This document shows positions 49,101 through 58,240 of a stretch of DNA of 64,000 bases, in pieces. The stretch lies in NCBI GenBank assembly GCA_945898015.1, contig CAMDGM010000003.1:14618-78617 (forward strand), in the 5' to 3' direction. The notes below the pieces were generated by a model. That model was not told where the DNA came from. It did no database searches and saw only the letters and a list, made by a program, of their open reading frames with translations. The translations under genes and the position numbers were made by a program. Numbering within the stretch: the stretch's first letter is position 1; the number at the start of each line of letters is the position of its first letter. The stretch is from PVC group bacterium. Lineage in GTDB: Bacteria; Verrucomicrobiota; Kiritimatiellia; CAIKKV01.

Positions 49101-49308
49101 CGTGTTCGAGGCGGGCGCAGTCCGGTTTCGTCCGATTTTCCTGACGGCCGCCGCAACGATGCTGGGCACGTGGCCCATCACGCTCGACCCGATCTTCAGC
49201 GGGCTGGCCTGGGCCATCATCTTTGGGCTCTTCGTCTCCACGGCGTTCACGCTGCTGGTCATTCCAACGGTATACATCATGATTTACGGCAAACAGGCGG
49301 CGGGGTGA
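46102..49308 (+). CDS. RND superfamily efflux permease (AcrB/CzcA-like)
   Basis: 1068 aa; 12-TM, two large periplasmic loops; ATGA overlap with the adaptor gene. Confidence 0.85.
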   Translation: MENETKHSAVGGIIDAFLKGNLAVLLIIISLAAGAAALFLTPREEEPQIVVPLADVMVMYPGGSAQEVERLVSSRLERMLYQIDGVEYVYSMSRPGMAVVTVRFAVGQNREQSLIKLYNKLFQNIDKTTPGIAGWFVKPIEIDDVPIVNVALYSDRYDEHVLYRVGEEVVARLQRIPNTAAITLHGGQSRVLQVYLDMERLAAYGFTPMEIAGALKVSNAQGESGGFDQANASLRVQAGPFLSSAAEVRNLMVGIHDNRPVYLRDVARVEDGPAELTTYSRIGFGAAAGSAAPSLTARPSYPAITLAVAKKKGSNAVWVAKEVEAALAEMRGKIIPDEIQVRVTRDYGATANDKVNGLVESLVEAIITVIVLIAIAMTWRVSLIVALAIPITYALTLLVNYLAGYTINRVTLFALILALGLLVDDPIVAVENIYRHLAMKRFPRLKAISMAMNEVMPPVILATLAVIAAFLPLFFISGMMGPYMRPMALNVPLAMLASMLVSFAITPWVSSKLLPEHAAGEEEYDLKRTLTYRLYHRAMRPFADSRRNGKLLLAGTGVLFVLSMLLVPTGGVPLKMLPFDNKNEFQMLVDMPESATLETTDAVVRDLEDYLRTMPEVTDFTSLVGAGSPMDFNGLVRHYYLRQGPHVADLRVNLVNRTERAMDSHSITLRIRRDVAAIEKRWGARIKLVETPPGPPVLSTVVAEIRGRPHHEYQDLVNAAETVKASLAQEPGVVDVDDTVEANQAEFFFRVDREKAGLNGISTEDITQTLGLALAGMPGGTLHVPGQQNEVPIVLRLPREKRSDLALLKNIVVKGRGGRSVQLGELGSFERKTVDKTIFHKNLERVVYVTAEMAGRGPAYAVLSQQKHFAAHPLPAGLTLDWRGEGEWKITLDVFRDLGIAFAAALVVIYVLLVYETGSYVLPGVIMTSIPLTLIGIMPGFWLLNLLVDRPVGGFGNPVFFTATAMIGMIALAGIVVRNGILLVDFIRNAVERGASVRDAVFEAGAVRFRPIFLTAAATMLGTWPITLDPIFSGLAWAIIFGLFVSTAFTLLVIPTVYIMIYGKQAAG

Positions 49309-49401
49309 AGCCGGAGAACTTCCGGCTACGCGAACCGCCCGGCCACGAGAAACAGCCGGGCGACTCTTTCTCGAGCCACCTTCGTCTTCCAGCCTTTTCG
49401 T

Positions 49402-50100
49402 TCACGGCGCCGTGTAAATCAAATACAGCCCGCCCAAGAGGACCAGTCCGCCGCACACCTTTTTGAGGATCACCGCGCCCTTAGACTTCTCGTTCCAGTC
49501 GAGGTAGTGCTGGACCACCTCCGTGAACGTGCCTGCCAGCACGATGACCGAGCAATGCCCCATGCCGTAGAGCAGGAGCAGGAGGATGCCATACGGCAGA
49601 TTGGTTGACGCCAGCTTAAATGTGACCGCCAGCATCGGCGCCATGTAGGCAAAGGTACAGGGTCCCAGCGCCACCCCGAACACCAGGCCCAGGACGAACG
49701 CCGCCAACATCCCTTTGCTCTTCATGCCGGGCTGGGCGGCTCCCGGCATGGGCAGGCGGATGGCATCAAGCAAGTAGAGGCCGACCACAAAGAAAAGGAG
49801 GGCGACAAAGTAGTTTCCATAACGCCCCACATCGCCCAGCATCCGTCCAGCCATGGCCGTGATGGCGCCGATCACGCCGATCGTGATCAGAATGCCGATG
49901 GAGAACAGAAGGGAGAGGGTGAATGCCCGACGGGTCGAAATCCGGCCCTGCTGGTCCACGAACCCGACAATCAGGGGAATGCTGGCCAAATGGCAGGGGC
50001 TCAGCAGGATGCTGAGCACGCCCCATACAAAAGCGGCGCTCAGCGCCAATCCGGCCGAGCCATCGACGGCGCGCGACAAGGCGGTGAATAGTTGTTCCAT
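49402..50100 (-). CDS. CcdA/DsbD-type thiol:disulfide transmembrane electron transporter
   Basis: 'LLSPCHLASIP' and 'GPCTFAYMAP' paired Cys in TM helices. Confidence 0.75.
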   Translation of the reverse strand: MEQLFTALSRAVDGSAGLALSAAFVWGVLSILLSPCHLASIPLIVGFVDQQGRISTRRAFTLSLLFSIGILITIGVIGAITAMAGRMLGDVGRYGNYFVALLFFVVGLYLLDAIRLPMPGAAQPGMKSKGMLAAFVLGLVFGVALGPCTFAYMAPMLAVTFKLASTNLPYGILLLLLYGMGHCSVIVLAGTFTEVVQHYLDWNEKSKGAVILKKVCGGLVLLGGLYLIYTAP

Positions 50101-50112
50101 CCGGAGCCCCTT

Positions 50113-50637
50113 TTATTTCGCCAGGTCCACGCCGAACTCCTTCCACTTCGCCAGGATGTCATCTTTGCTGTAGAACCCCTCGTGGCGAAACAATTCTTTC
50201 CCCGCCGCATTGTAGAAGATCTGTGTCGGGATTACGTTGATCCCGTATTCTTTTCCCGCTTTCGGGTTTTCCCAGACGTCAATGAACTGAACGTCCAGCT
50301 TCCCGGCGTAGGTGTTCTGCAGGTCTTTAAGAATCGGCGCCATCAACTTGCACGGAACGCACTTCCCGGCGCCCAGGTCCACCAGACGGGGTAACATGTT
50401 TGTCTGGCTGGCCGCTTCCAGCGCGGCCGCGTTGGCGCCGGTTGCTTCAACGACGGCAGGAATAACGGTCGCCATAGGAGGAGTGCCCGGCGAAACATCT
50501 TTTAATCCGGCGTTCTTGGCTGCCAACACCCCTACAACCGCCAGGGCCAGGACGATCCAGATCCATTTGCCCGGCCCGCTGCAACAACTGCCGCCGCCGC
50601 ACCCGCAAGCAGAGCCCTCGTTCTTCTTTTCGCTCAT
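50113..50637 (-). CDS. Membrane-anchored thioredoxin-fold protein (CVPC) with N-terminal Cys-Gly cluster
   Basis: 'GSACGCGGGSCCSGPG' then TM then 'GAGKCVPCKLMAP' thioredoxin motif. Confidence 0.65.
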   Translation of the reverse strand: MSEKKNEGSACGCGGGSCCSGPGKWIWIVLALAVVGVLAAKNAGLKDVSPGTPPMATVIPAVVEATGANAAALEAASQTNMLPRLVDLGAGKCVPCKLMAPILKDLQNTYAGKLDVQFIDVWENPKAGKEYGINVIPTQIFYNAAGKELFRHEGFYSKDDILAKWKEFGVDLAK

Positions 50638-50647
50638 CTCACGCTCC

Positions 50648-50881
50648 TCAGGTTAAATGTTTCTTGATCTCGTCCACGTTCAACACCTTTCCCGCGCTTT
50701 TCACCTGGCCGTCCACGACCAGTGCGGGCGTGGTCATCACGCCGAACTTCATGATATCCTGGATCTTCTCAACCTTTTCGATCTGCGCCTCGATGCCCAA
50801 CGCTTTGGCCGCCGCCTCCGTGTTGGCCATGAGTGTCTTGCACTTCGGACAGCCCGTTCCCAATATTTGAATTTTTAGCAT
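50648..50881 (-). CDS. Redox-active disulfide protein 2 (small thioredoxin-like, TIGR00412-type)
   Basis: 'MLKIQILGTGCPKCKTL...TTPALVVDGQV' matches this family's layout; 77 aa. Confidence 0.7.
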   Translation of the reverse strand: MLKIQILGTGCPKCKTLMANTEAAAKALGIEAQIEKVEKIQDIMKFGVMTTPALVVDGQVKSAGKVLNVDEIKKHLT

Positions 50882-50897
50882 GTGTCTACGCTTTCTG

Positions 50898-51917
50898 TTA
50901 CATCATGATATTAAACAGGTATCCGACCGCCATGATTCCGATCGCCACCACACCGAAAAACACGGCGAGCAACCGGGGTTTAAGAACTTTGCGAAGAATG
51001 ATCGCCTCCGGAAGGGAAAGCGCGATCACCGCCATCATGAACGCCAGCACCGTGCCCAGTGCCGCACCTTTGCCGAGCAGCGCCTGAACGATCGGGATGA
51101 TGCCTGCCGCGTTGGAATACATCGGCACGCCGATGAGCACCGCCAGCGGCACCGACCACCACGCGCCCTTGCCCATGATGGAGGCCATGAAGTTTTCCGG
51201 CACGTATCCGTGGATGCCCGCGCCCACGCCGATGCCGATCAACACATAGAGCCACACGCGCCCCACAATGTCTTTCACCGCGTCGAGTCCGAGGCGGATC
51301 CGCTCGGGCCAATCCGGCACCTCTTCCGGGCCGGCGTCGCCGAGCTTGGTCTCGTAAACCCAGTCTTCGACGTGCTTTTCCATCCGCAACCGTCCCATGA
51401 TCCAGCCGGACACGATGGCAATGACCAATCCCATACCCATATAAATCGCCGCGACCTTCCACCCGAACAACCCGAACAACAGGACCAGCGCCACTTCGTT
51501 GACCATGGGCGACGACACCAGGAAGGAAAAGGTCACCCCCAGCGGCACGCCGGTTGTGACGAAGCCGATGAACAACGGCACGGCCGAGCAGGAACAGAAG
51601 GGCGTGACAATGCCCAGCAGCGCGGCCAGCACATTGCCGGCGAATTCGCTTTTGCCGGAGAGAATCCGCCGCGTCCGTTCCGGGGTGAAGAACGAGCGGA
51701 TGATGCCCACGCCGAACACGATCAGGGTCAGCAGCATCAGCACCTTGGGCGATTCGAAAACAAAAAACTCAACGGCGACAGCCAGATGCGAACCGGGCGT
51801 CATCCCGAGCAGCGAATAGGTGAGCCAGGCTGCGACCGGCGCGAGACTGCGATACACAAGCCACCATATCGCGAGACCCGCGATGCCCCACGGCAGATAT
51901 TTGCCCGCTTTATTCAC
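50898..51917 (-). CDS. ArsP/DUF318-type permease with TPFCSCS motif (GTG start)
   Basis: 'IVTPFCSCSAVPLF' dicysteine motif characteristic of ArsP-like permeases; ATG-less N-terminus so GTG at 51917 behind GGGGAG chosen; the longer ORF-track version overlaps arsR. Confidence 0.6.
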   Translation of the reverse strand: MNKAGKYLPWGIAGLAIWWLVYRSLAPVAAWLTYSLLGMTPGSHLAVAVEFFVFESPKVLMLLTLIVFGVGIIRSFFTPERTRRILSGKSEFAGNVLAALLGIVTPFCSCSAVPLFIGFVTTGVPLGVTFSFLVSSPMVNEVALVLLFGLFGWKVAAIYMGMGLVIAIVSGWIMGRLRMEKHVEDWVYETKLGDAGPEEVPDWPERIRLGLDAVKDIVGRVWLYVLIGIGVGAGIHGYVPENFMASIMGKGAWWSVPLAVLIGVPMYSNAAGIIPIVQALLGKGAALGTVLAFMMAVIALSLPEAIILRKVLKPRLLAVFFGVVAIGIMAVGYLFNIMM

Positions 51918-51940
51918 AGGTGCACTCCCCACGCTTTCAT

Positions 51941-52258
51941 TCAGCCTGCCCTGAGCAAACTGGCCCGCCGCCGGGCATGGTTTTTCACGGCCTCGAAGGC
52001 GCACGTGAGGGCCTTGAGGATGCACGGGGTCTCGAGGTGGTAAAACACCTTCATGCCGTTGCGGCGGTCGCTGACGATCCCCGTTTTCTTCAGGATGGCC
52101 AGGTGGCGCGACAGGCCGGACTGATCGATGTCCGCCAGCGCGTTCAGCTCGCAGACGCACCGGTCGCCCGCGGTCAGGGCGTCCACGATCAGCACCCGGA
52201 CCGGATGGGCCAGGGCTTTGAGCATGTCCGCCCGTAATTCGGCCTGTTCGTATGTCAT
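51941..52258 (-). CDS. ArsR/SmtB-family metalloregulator
   Basis: 'LKALAHPVRVLIVDALTAGDRCVCEL' HTH with CVC metal site. Confidence 0.75.
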   Translation of the reverse strand: MTYEQAELRADMLKALAHPVRVLIVDALTAGDRCVCELNALADIDQSGLSRHLAILKKTGIVSDRRNGMKVFYHLETPCILKALTCAFEAVKNHARRRASLLRAG

Positions 52259-52372
52259 GACGCCACCATATGCGAATATGCGCATAAGGGCAAGACCCTT
52301 TCGCGATATCCCATTACCTCTCGCAACTCGTCCGGGGAATCGTGCCCGAGGAGAATAAGCCCAACACGGCGA

Positions 52373-54408
52373 TTACTTTTTATTCTTCAAGGCCTGCGTT
52401 TCGTTCGCGACCGGAAGCTCCGGGCGGGCGGCCCATTCCGTCCAGCCGGCGTCGTACCATCGGACATTCGGATAGCCCAGCAGGTGTTTCAGCACGAAGA
52501 AGGTCTGGCTGGCCTGGTGCCCGGTGCGGCAATGCACGATGACTTCGGTGTTGGTGGACGGAATGAGTTGGCGGTAGGCGGCCGCCAGCTCGGCGGTTGG
52601 CTTGAAGGTGACGACCTTGTTGGAACTGGTGATCACATCCTCCGAGAAGGCGCGATTCAATGCCCCGGGGATATGGCCGCCGCGGGCTTCGTCGGACTTC
52701 TTGCCCGTGTAAAAATCCGCCGGCCGCACGTCAATGATCACGGTGCCAGGCTTGCCAATCGTGGCGGCCACGGTCTTGAAATTCACCGTGAAGTCATCGG
52801 CGTCCGTTTTCACCGGGCAGGTCGATTCGGTGACGGCGGGCAAAGCGGCGTTCACGGGCCGGCCTTCCTGCGCCCACTTGGCGTAACCTCCGTTCAGGAC
52901 GGCATAGTCCATGTGTCCCATCCGCTCGAACGCCAGGCCGGGCAGGGTGGCGTCGTGCATCTTGTCGCTGGGCACAAGGACAATGGTGTCGGAGGGGTGG
53001 AGGCCCAGGAGCGAGAACTGGGCCGCAAGCATGGCCGGAGGCAGGAGCATGGACGGCACGCCCCCGATGTTGCCGCGAAGGCTCTCCACGTTGAGGCTGA
53101 GGGAATTCGGAATGTGCGAGGCGTTATATTCCGGCTGGGGCCGCAGGTCAATGACCTTGAGCCCCGGGGTTCCGAGCCTTGCCGCAAGCCAGTCGGTCTC
53201 GACGACGCGCGGCAGGGCGGCGGTTACGACCTTGGCGAAGATTCCGACCTTGGGGGTTCCATCGGACGCGTTGAAGTAAGTGCGCCAGGCGTTGACCCGG
53301 GCGGCATCGACTGGCGTCAACGGCTCCGGTCGCAGCGAGACGGGCTTCAGGCAGCGATCCCGGAAGCCCTGCAGGCCATCCGTCAGCAGGTAGACATGGC
53401 CGAAGCCCAGGCGTTGAAGCGAGTCTCGGGCCTGGGCGGGATGGGTCATCCCATTGGAATAGAGAACGATCAGCCCTTTGTTCTTGTAAGGTTGAAGGGC
53501 CTCCGCCAACTCGGCGAGTGGCACGTTGAGCGCGCCGGGAATGTGGAAGGCGTTGAACTCGGCCGCCGGCCGCACGTCCACGACCACGAGATCCGGTTCG
53601 CCGGCCATCAGGCGGTCCGCGAGTTCCTCGGGTTCGATGTGGTCCCGGGCGTTCTCCACGGTTTCCATCAGGGCCTTCTCATCCACAGCCGTTGCGGCGG
53701 CCGTGTTCGCCGGCTGCACGGAAGCCCGTGTGCTGACTGGAGACAGGACGAACAAGCCGCACGCCAGCGCCACGAGGATCAGGCTGAAGGCCTTCAGGAA
53801 CGGCGACCCCAGATAGGGCGCCCGGCCCGTGCGCGCTTTTTCGGTCCGCTCCGACAGCCAGAACGCCGCCACGGCCACCAGTGTGAACGTGAGGACGAAC
53901 GCATTGCGTGACAGGCCCAGGGATAAATAGGCCATCTGTGTGCCCTGGTCGCCGGCGGTGTAGAGCGGCCGGACGAGGGGGAACACTTCGTTGAACAGGA
54001 TGCTGCCTCCTACGGTGCCAAGCAGGAACACGAGCGCATCGATCCGGCCGGCGGCGAGACCCGCCGCGGCCGTGCCGGGACACCAGGCGCCCATGACAAA
54101 GCCGACACCGAACAACAGGCCGCCCACGATCTGGGCGCCATAAATGGTCGGCATGAGAAAAATCTGATCCATGCGCATCCAGCCTAACCCCACCAGATAC
54201 GAGAGGCCCAGCAGGGCGGTGATCACCGCGGAGAACATCACCTTCACCACGGCCATGTCGGTGAAGTAGAAGACGCCGGCCAGCCGGCGCGAACTGCTGA
54301 AGCCGGCCCGCTCGAGCGCGAAACCGAATCCGAAGCCGATCAGCGCCGCGAGGAAAAAGGCCCGGTTGGTACCGAGGGCATCGAGACTGTAAAGGGTGTT
54401 AATCATGC
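52373..54408 (-). CDS. YeeE/YedE-family sulfur-compound transporter half fused to three rhodanese domains
   Basis: N-terminal multi-TM 'GAWCPGTAAAGL' YeeE motif; rhodanese repeats, last with active Cys 'VHCRTGHQAS'; start at MINTLYSL. Confidence 0.65.
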
Positions 54409-54932
54409 CATTGCCTCCTGACAAACCAGGCTGCGGCATAACCGCTGGCAAAGAGACACACCATGAACACGAGGCTGCCGGAAAGGAGCAGTGCGCCGCC
54501 GCTCAGGGCCTGGCCGGAGGTGCACCCCTGCGCCAGGCGGCTCGCGAAGCCGACGATCACACCGCCCGCGAGAGCGTACCAGAGACGTCGCCTCACGGAA
54601 GAGGCGGCACCGCGTTCCACCTGGATCCGCGCGCGGTTCGCCAGAAGCGCCGAGAACAGCGCTCCGACGAAGGTTCCCACGAACATGAACACGAGGTAAT
54701 AGTGCAGCGGGTTCGCGCCCCATTTGCCGAAGTATGCACTGCCCAGTGTGTGAGACGTTGCCACACACAGGGATAGCGAGGCGCCGATGCGCGCAATGCC
54801 GCTCGACGCGCCCAGCCCGGCTCCGAGAATCACGAATGAGGCCAGGAGCACCAAACCAAGCAAAACCCCGGTCAGATAGGGGTTCGAGTAGGGCTTGGGT
54901 CCGCCATGGAGGGGGTTAGCTTCCGTTTTCAT
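54399..54932 (-). CDS. YeeE/YedE-family transporter (second half)
   Basis: 4-TM protein with 'RLAQGCTSGQALSG' conserved Cys loop; overlaps the downstream partner by 10 nt. Confidence 0.65.
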   Translation of the reverse strand: MKTEANPLHGGPKPYSNPYLTGVLLGLVLLASFVILGAGLGASSGIARIGASLSLCVATSHTLGSAYFGKWGANPLHYYLVFMFVGTFVGALFSALLANRARIQVERGAASSVRRRLWYALAGGVIVGFASRLAQGCTSGQALSGGALLLSGSLVFMVCLFASGYAAAWFVRRQWHD

Positions 54933-54935
54933 GAC

Positions 54936-56966
54936 TCAGCACCCCGCGCTTTTCTTCTTGGGCGTTTCAGGGGCGGCGGGAGCCGGCGCGGCCTGCCTGG
55001 CCGGTGCCGGCCCGGGAGCCGCGGGTTTCACGGCGGGGCCCGAAGCCGGAGCCCCCGCCGCCGGCCGGGGCATGGCAGACTCGTTCCAGTAGGCTTCCAG
55101 TCCGCCGTACAGAACCTTGATGGGGCGCTGGGTCTTTTGCGAGAGGATGCCGCCAGCCGCCATGGCCAGCGAGCCGTCGCGATCGACGATGATCAGGGGA
55201 ACCGTGCCGTTTAGATAAGCCGGGTTGGCGATCACCTCTGCGATATCCGCATTTACCGAACCGGGCAATGTGAAGTCCGCATACCCGGCCGGCGGGCGGA
55301 TGTCCACAATCTCGAACGTGCCGGGAAGGTCCATCAGCAGGCGTTTGAGTTCGGCGGCCGCCAGTCGTTCCGGGAGTTTGACGGTTCGAGCAGCGGGTGC
55401 GGCCTGGCCGGATCCGCTCCCGGTGGCACTCAGGGTCGGAAGCCCCTCGGCGATCCAGGCCTCGCTGCCGCCTTCCATATTCAGGACGGTCTTGAAGCCC
55501 ATCTTCTGGAGTACGGCGGCCCCCATGCTGGAGCGATAGGCGGAGTTGCATACGGTGAGGACCGGCATATCTTTGGATAGGCGTTTACCCTCTGTGAACA
55601 GCTTGTTCAACGGGGCATTCAGGACGTTGCCGATGCGAAGGCCCATCCATTCACTCGGAAGACGCACGTCCGCAATGACGGGCGCCGTGCCGGCCTTCAT
55701 CTGCTGATAAAGGACTTTGGGCTTCACCAGCGCGAAGGAGCCGACCGGCAGGTTGGCCTGTTTCCAGGCGTCCGGACCGCCCTGCAGATAGCCGGCGGGC
55801 GCGTCGTAACCAATACGTTTCAGGCGGAAGGCGGCTTCCTGGACTTCGCCATCCGAACCGATCAGGATGAACGGCTCACCCCAAGGGATCATGATGCCGG
55901 TCCAGGTCTCGAAGCGGCCGCGGATGCCGATGTTGATTGCGTCGGCGGGATGACCGGCGGCAAAGGGCCCGGTGTCGCGCACATCCACGAGCCACGCCCC
56001 TTTCTGGGCTTGGGCGGCGACGTTGGCAGGCGGCAGCGCCGCCGGCGTGGTCTTTTCCCAGTCCACGAGCGGCGGGCCGTCGTGATTCATTTTGGCATTA
56101 TGTTTGAAATACTGGGGGGCGTCGGGAAGCCCGTCGATCACGGCCATGATGTAGGAGGTCCGATCCGGATGCTGCAGATAGGGGTTCTCCAGGCGCTGTT
56201 CGCCTATCGTGGAGACCGGTTTGTCGCTCAGGTGCGCTCCACAGAGCGAGCCCGCTCCATGGGCCGGGAAGAACCGCGTGTCGTCGGGCAATTTCGAGAG
56301 TTTATCCTTCCACGAATGATAGCCCATTTCGGCCAGCTCGGCGGCGCTCATGGCGTCGCCCATCAGGTCGGGCCGCCCGACGCTGCCGATGAACAGGGTG
56401 TCGCCGGTGAGGACGAACGCCGGGTTCGGCGCCGAGGCAGGATTATACACGTAAAGACAGGTGCCGTCGGGTGTGTGTCCCGGGGTTGTCACGATCATCG
56501 CGCGCACCCGGCCGAAGGCGATGGCATCCCCGTTCGTGACGGCCTTGTGCGGGTAGCCAGCCTGGGTGGCCGCGTTGGCGATGATCTCGGCGCCGGCGGC
56601 CTTGGCCAGTTCCATATGCCCCGCCACGAAATCGGCATGCGAATGCGTGAGGTAGACCCGGGTAATCTTCAGGCCCAACTCCTGCGCATCCTTCAGGTAG
56701 CGGGCGATATCGCGGGCCGGATCGACGATCATGGCCTCCCCGCCGCTGCCAATCAGATAGGAGTAGTGCGACAGGACGCCCAGGTTGTACTGGCGGAATA
56801 CGAAGTCAGCGGATTTCTGCTCGGTTTCTTTGATGAGTTGAACGCTGGCTGCTTCGTCGCCGTGTGTCGCCGCCTCCGTATCGCCCGGCAGGCTGGCTGC
56901 CCGTGCCAAAGCGGCGGCAAGCAACATCCCCATCCCTAGATATCCGGCCACTCTCGATTTCTTCAT
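54936..56966 (-). CDS. Secreted MBL-fold persulfide-dioxygenase-like enzyme fused to rhodanese domains
   Basis: Signal peptide; 'VYLTHSHADFVAGH' metallo-beta-lactamase motif; rhodanese 'LTVCNSAYRSS'; Pro/Ala-rich C-terminal tail ending KKKSAGC. Confidence 0.65.
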   Translation of the reverse strand: MKKSRVAGYLGMGMLLAAALARAASLPGDTEAATHGDEAASVQLIKETEQKSADFVFRQYNLGVLSHYSYLIGSGGEAMIVDPARDIARYLKDAQELGLKITRVYLTHSHADFVAGHMELAKAAGAEIIANAATQAGYPHKAVTNGDAIAFGRVRAMIVTTPGHTPDGTCLYVYNPASAPNPAFVLTGDTLFIGSVGRPDLMGDAMSAAELAEMGYHSWKDKLSKLPDDTRFFPAHGAGSLCGAHLSDKPVSTIGEQRLENPYLQHPDRTSYIMAVIDGLPDAPQYFKHNAKMNHDGPPLVDWEKTTPAALPPANVAAQAQKGAWLVDVRDTGPFAAGHPADAINIGIRGRFETWTGIMIPWGEPFILIGSDGEVQEAAFRLKRIGYDAPAGYLQGGPDAWKQANLPVGSFALVKPKVLYQQMKAGTAPVIADVRLPSEWMGLRIGNVLNAPLNKLFTEGKRLSKDMPVLTVCNSAYRSSMGAAVLQKMGFKTVLNMEGGSEAWIAEGLPTLSATGSGSGQAAPAARTVKLPERLAAAELKRLLMDLPGTFEIVDIRPPAGYADFTLPGSVNADIAEVIANPAYLNGTVPLIIVDRDGSLAMAAGGILSQKTQRPIKVLYGGLEAYWNESAMPRPAAGAPASGPAVKPAAPGPAPARQAAPAPAAPETPKKKSAGC

Positions 56967-57099
56967 GCGGTGACTCCTTTTGCCATTATGTCCCGATTAC
57001 GACAATACCACGAGCGCCCATGCCGGTGATATGGGGTGTAGGCCCTATCCGGGCATGTAGCTTGACCCCTGCCGACTTTCGCGTCATCATATTCTCATC

Positions 57100-57507
57100 A
57101 TGACATACTACGACAAACAAACTTCAGAAAGCAAGCGGCCTAACCTGGACGATCCCCGCGTGCCGCTGGCCGCGGAGCGAACCTTCCTGGCCTGGATCCG
57201 CACCGGGCTGGCGCTGATGGGCTTCGGGTTCGTGGTGGCGCGGTTCGGGTTGTTTCTGCGGGAGCTGGAAGTGGCCCAGCATCTGGAAAGCACCTCGAAG
57301 CACGGCGTGTCGTTGTGGCTGGGAATTGCCCTGGTCGTGCTGGGGGTGTGGATGAACCTGGCGGCCCTGGGGCGGTATCGCTTTTATCTCCGGCAACTCA
57401 AGGCGGGAATCATGCCGGACGCGCACCCGCGTCTGGAAACGGCGGTGGCCGTGGTGCTCGCCCTGGTTGGGGTGGCGGCCGTGCTGTATCTCCTGATGGC
57501 CGCGTAG
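57100..57507 (+). CDS. DUF202/YidH-family inner-membrane protein
   Basis: 'LAAERTFLAWIRTGLALMGFGFVV' DUF202 signature; 3 TM helices. Confidence 0.65.
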   Translation: MTYYDKQTSESKRPNLDDPRVPLAAERTFLAWIRTGLALMGFGFVVARFGLFLRELEVAQHLESTSKHGVSLWLGIALVVLGVWMNLAALGRYRFYLRQLKAGIMPDAHPRLETAVAVVLALVGVAAVLYLLMAA

Positions 57508-57585
57508 GCCGCAGGATTGTTGAACCCTCGTTCAGCGGTCTGAGAAATAAATGATATTTCAGGTAAGATAGCGTCCGATAAAAGC

Positions 57586-57807
57586 ATGAAAACGACCATT
57601 TCGAAGAAGGGGCAGATCACCGTGCCCAAGGCGTGCCGGGACCGGCTGGGGCGGCGGCCCGGCACCGTGCTTGATTTTGAGGCCGTGGGGGGCAAGCTGG
57701 TGGGAAGCAAGCGTGTGTCCGAGGATGTCTTCAGGAAGTGGAGGGGAAAGGGCCGGTTGCCTGGCGCTCTGGGGGTTGACGCCTATCTGGCCCGGGTGCG
57801 GGGATGA
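57586..57807 (+). CDS. AbrB/MazE/SpoVT-type antitoxin (VapB-like)
   Basis: 'MKTTISKKGQITVPKACRDRLG' swapped-hairpin motif; 73 aa. Confidence 0.65.
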   Translation: MKTTISKKGQITVPKACRDRLGRRPGTVLDFEAVGGKLVGSKRVSEDVFRKWRGKGRLPGALGVDAYLARVRG

Positions 57808-57997
57808 TCTCTACGTTCTGACCGCGGATCGTGCGCGGACCTTGGCGGCGGCGCATATCAAGGCGCATTACAAAGTGTCGTTTGCCGATGCCTTCGTGAT
57901 TGCCCTGGCGCCGGAATCGGCCGCCACCGTGGTCACGGGCGATCCCGAACTCAAAGCGGTCGAACCGTGGCTTCCTATTCTTTGGCTGCCGCGGTAA
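57804..57997 (+). pseudogene. PIN-domain (VapC-like) toxin, C-terminal half only (N-terminal catalytic half missing)
   Basis: 'LYVLTADRARTLAAAHIKAHYKVSFADAFVIALAPESAATVVTGDPELKAV' = VapC C-terminal block; the 5' part of the 57671 ORF is just the antitoxin gene read out of frame. Confidence 0.5.
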
Positions 57998-58240
57998 CCG
58001 CCCGTTCCGGATGGATGGCCCGGGCCTCCTGGCGCCTGGTTGCGTTGCGGGGAGTTGTGGTCGGCCGCTTGGTGCATGACGACGTGTTGTTGCCTGGCAC
58101 GGCGCTGAATAAACTCAGGACCCGGCTCGTGTGGAAGGCGGCGTAACAAGCTTGAAGCAGAGAGTTTTGATAGAGTTTAGGGAGTTTATCTTTTCCTTGT
58201 AATATCCATAAATAACGGCAAATGAGATTTAATCTGGGTC

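Noticed and set aside
49309-49330. Hairpin AGCCGGAG-AACT-TCCGGCT after the RND gene as a terminator
   Set aside because: Short stem and no downstream T-tract; not confident enough to list as a feature
50898-52160. The 420-aa version of the permease ORF (start at 52160)
   Set aside because: Its first ~80 codons overlap the ArsR gene on the same strand and translate to Arg/Pro-rich noise; trimmed to GTG 51917 behind GGGGAG
57671-57997. 108-aa ORF as an intact PIN toxin gene
   Set aside because: Its first ~45 codons are the antitoxin gene read in another frame; only the C-terminal ~60 residues are PIN-like, so it is called a truncated pseudogene
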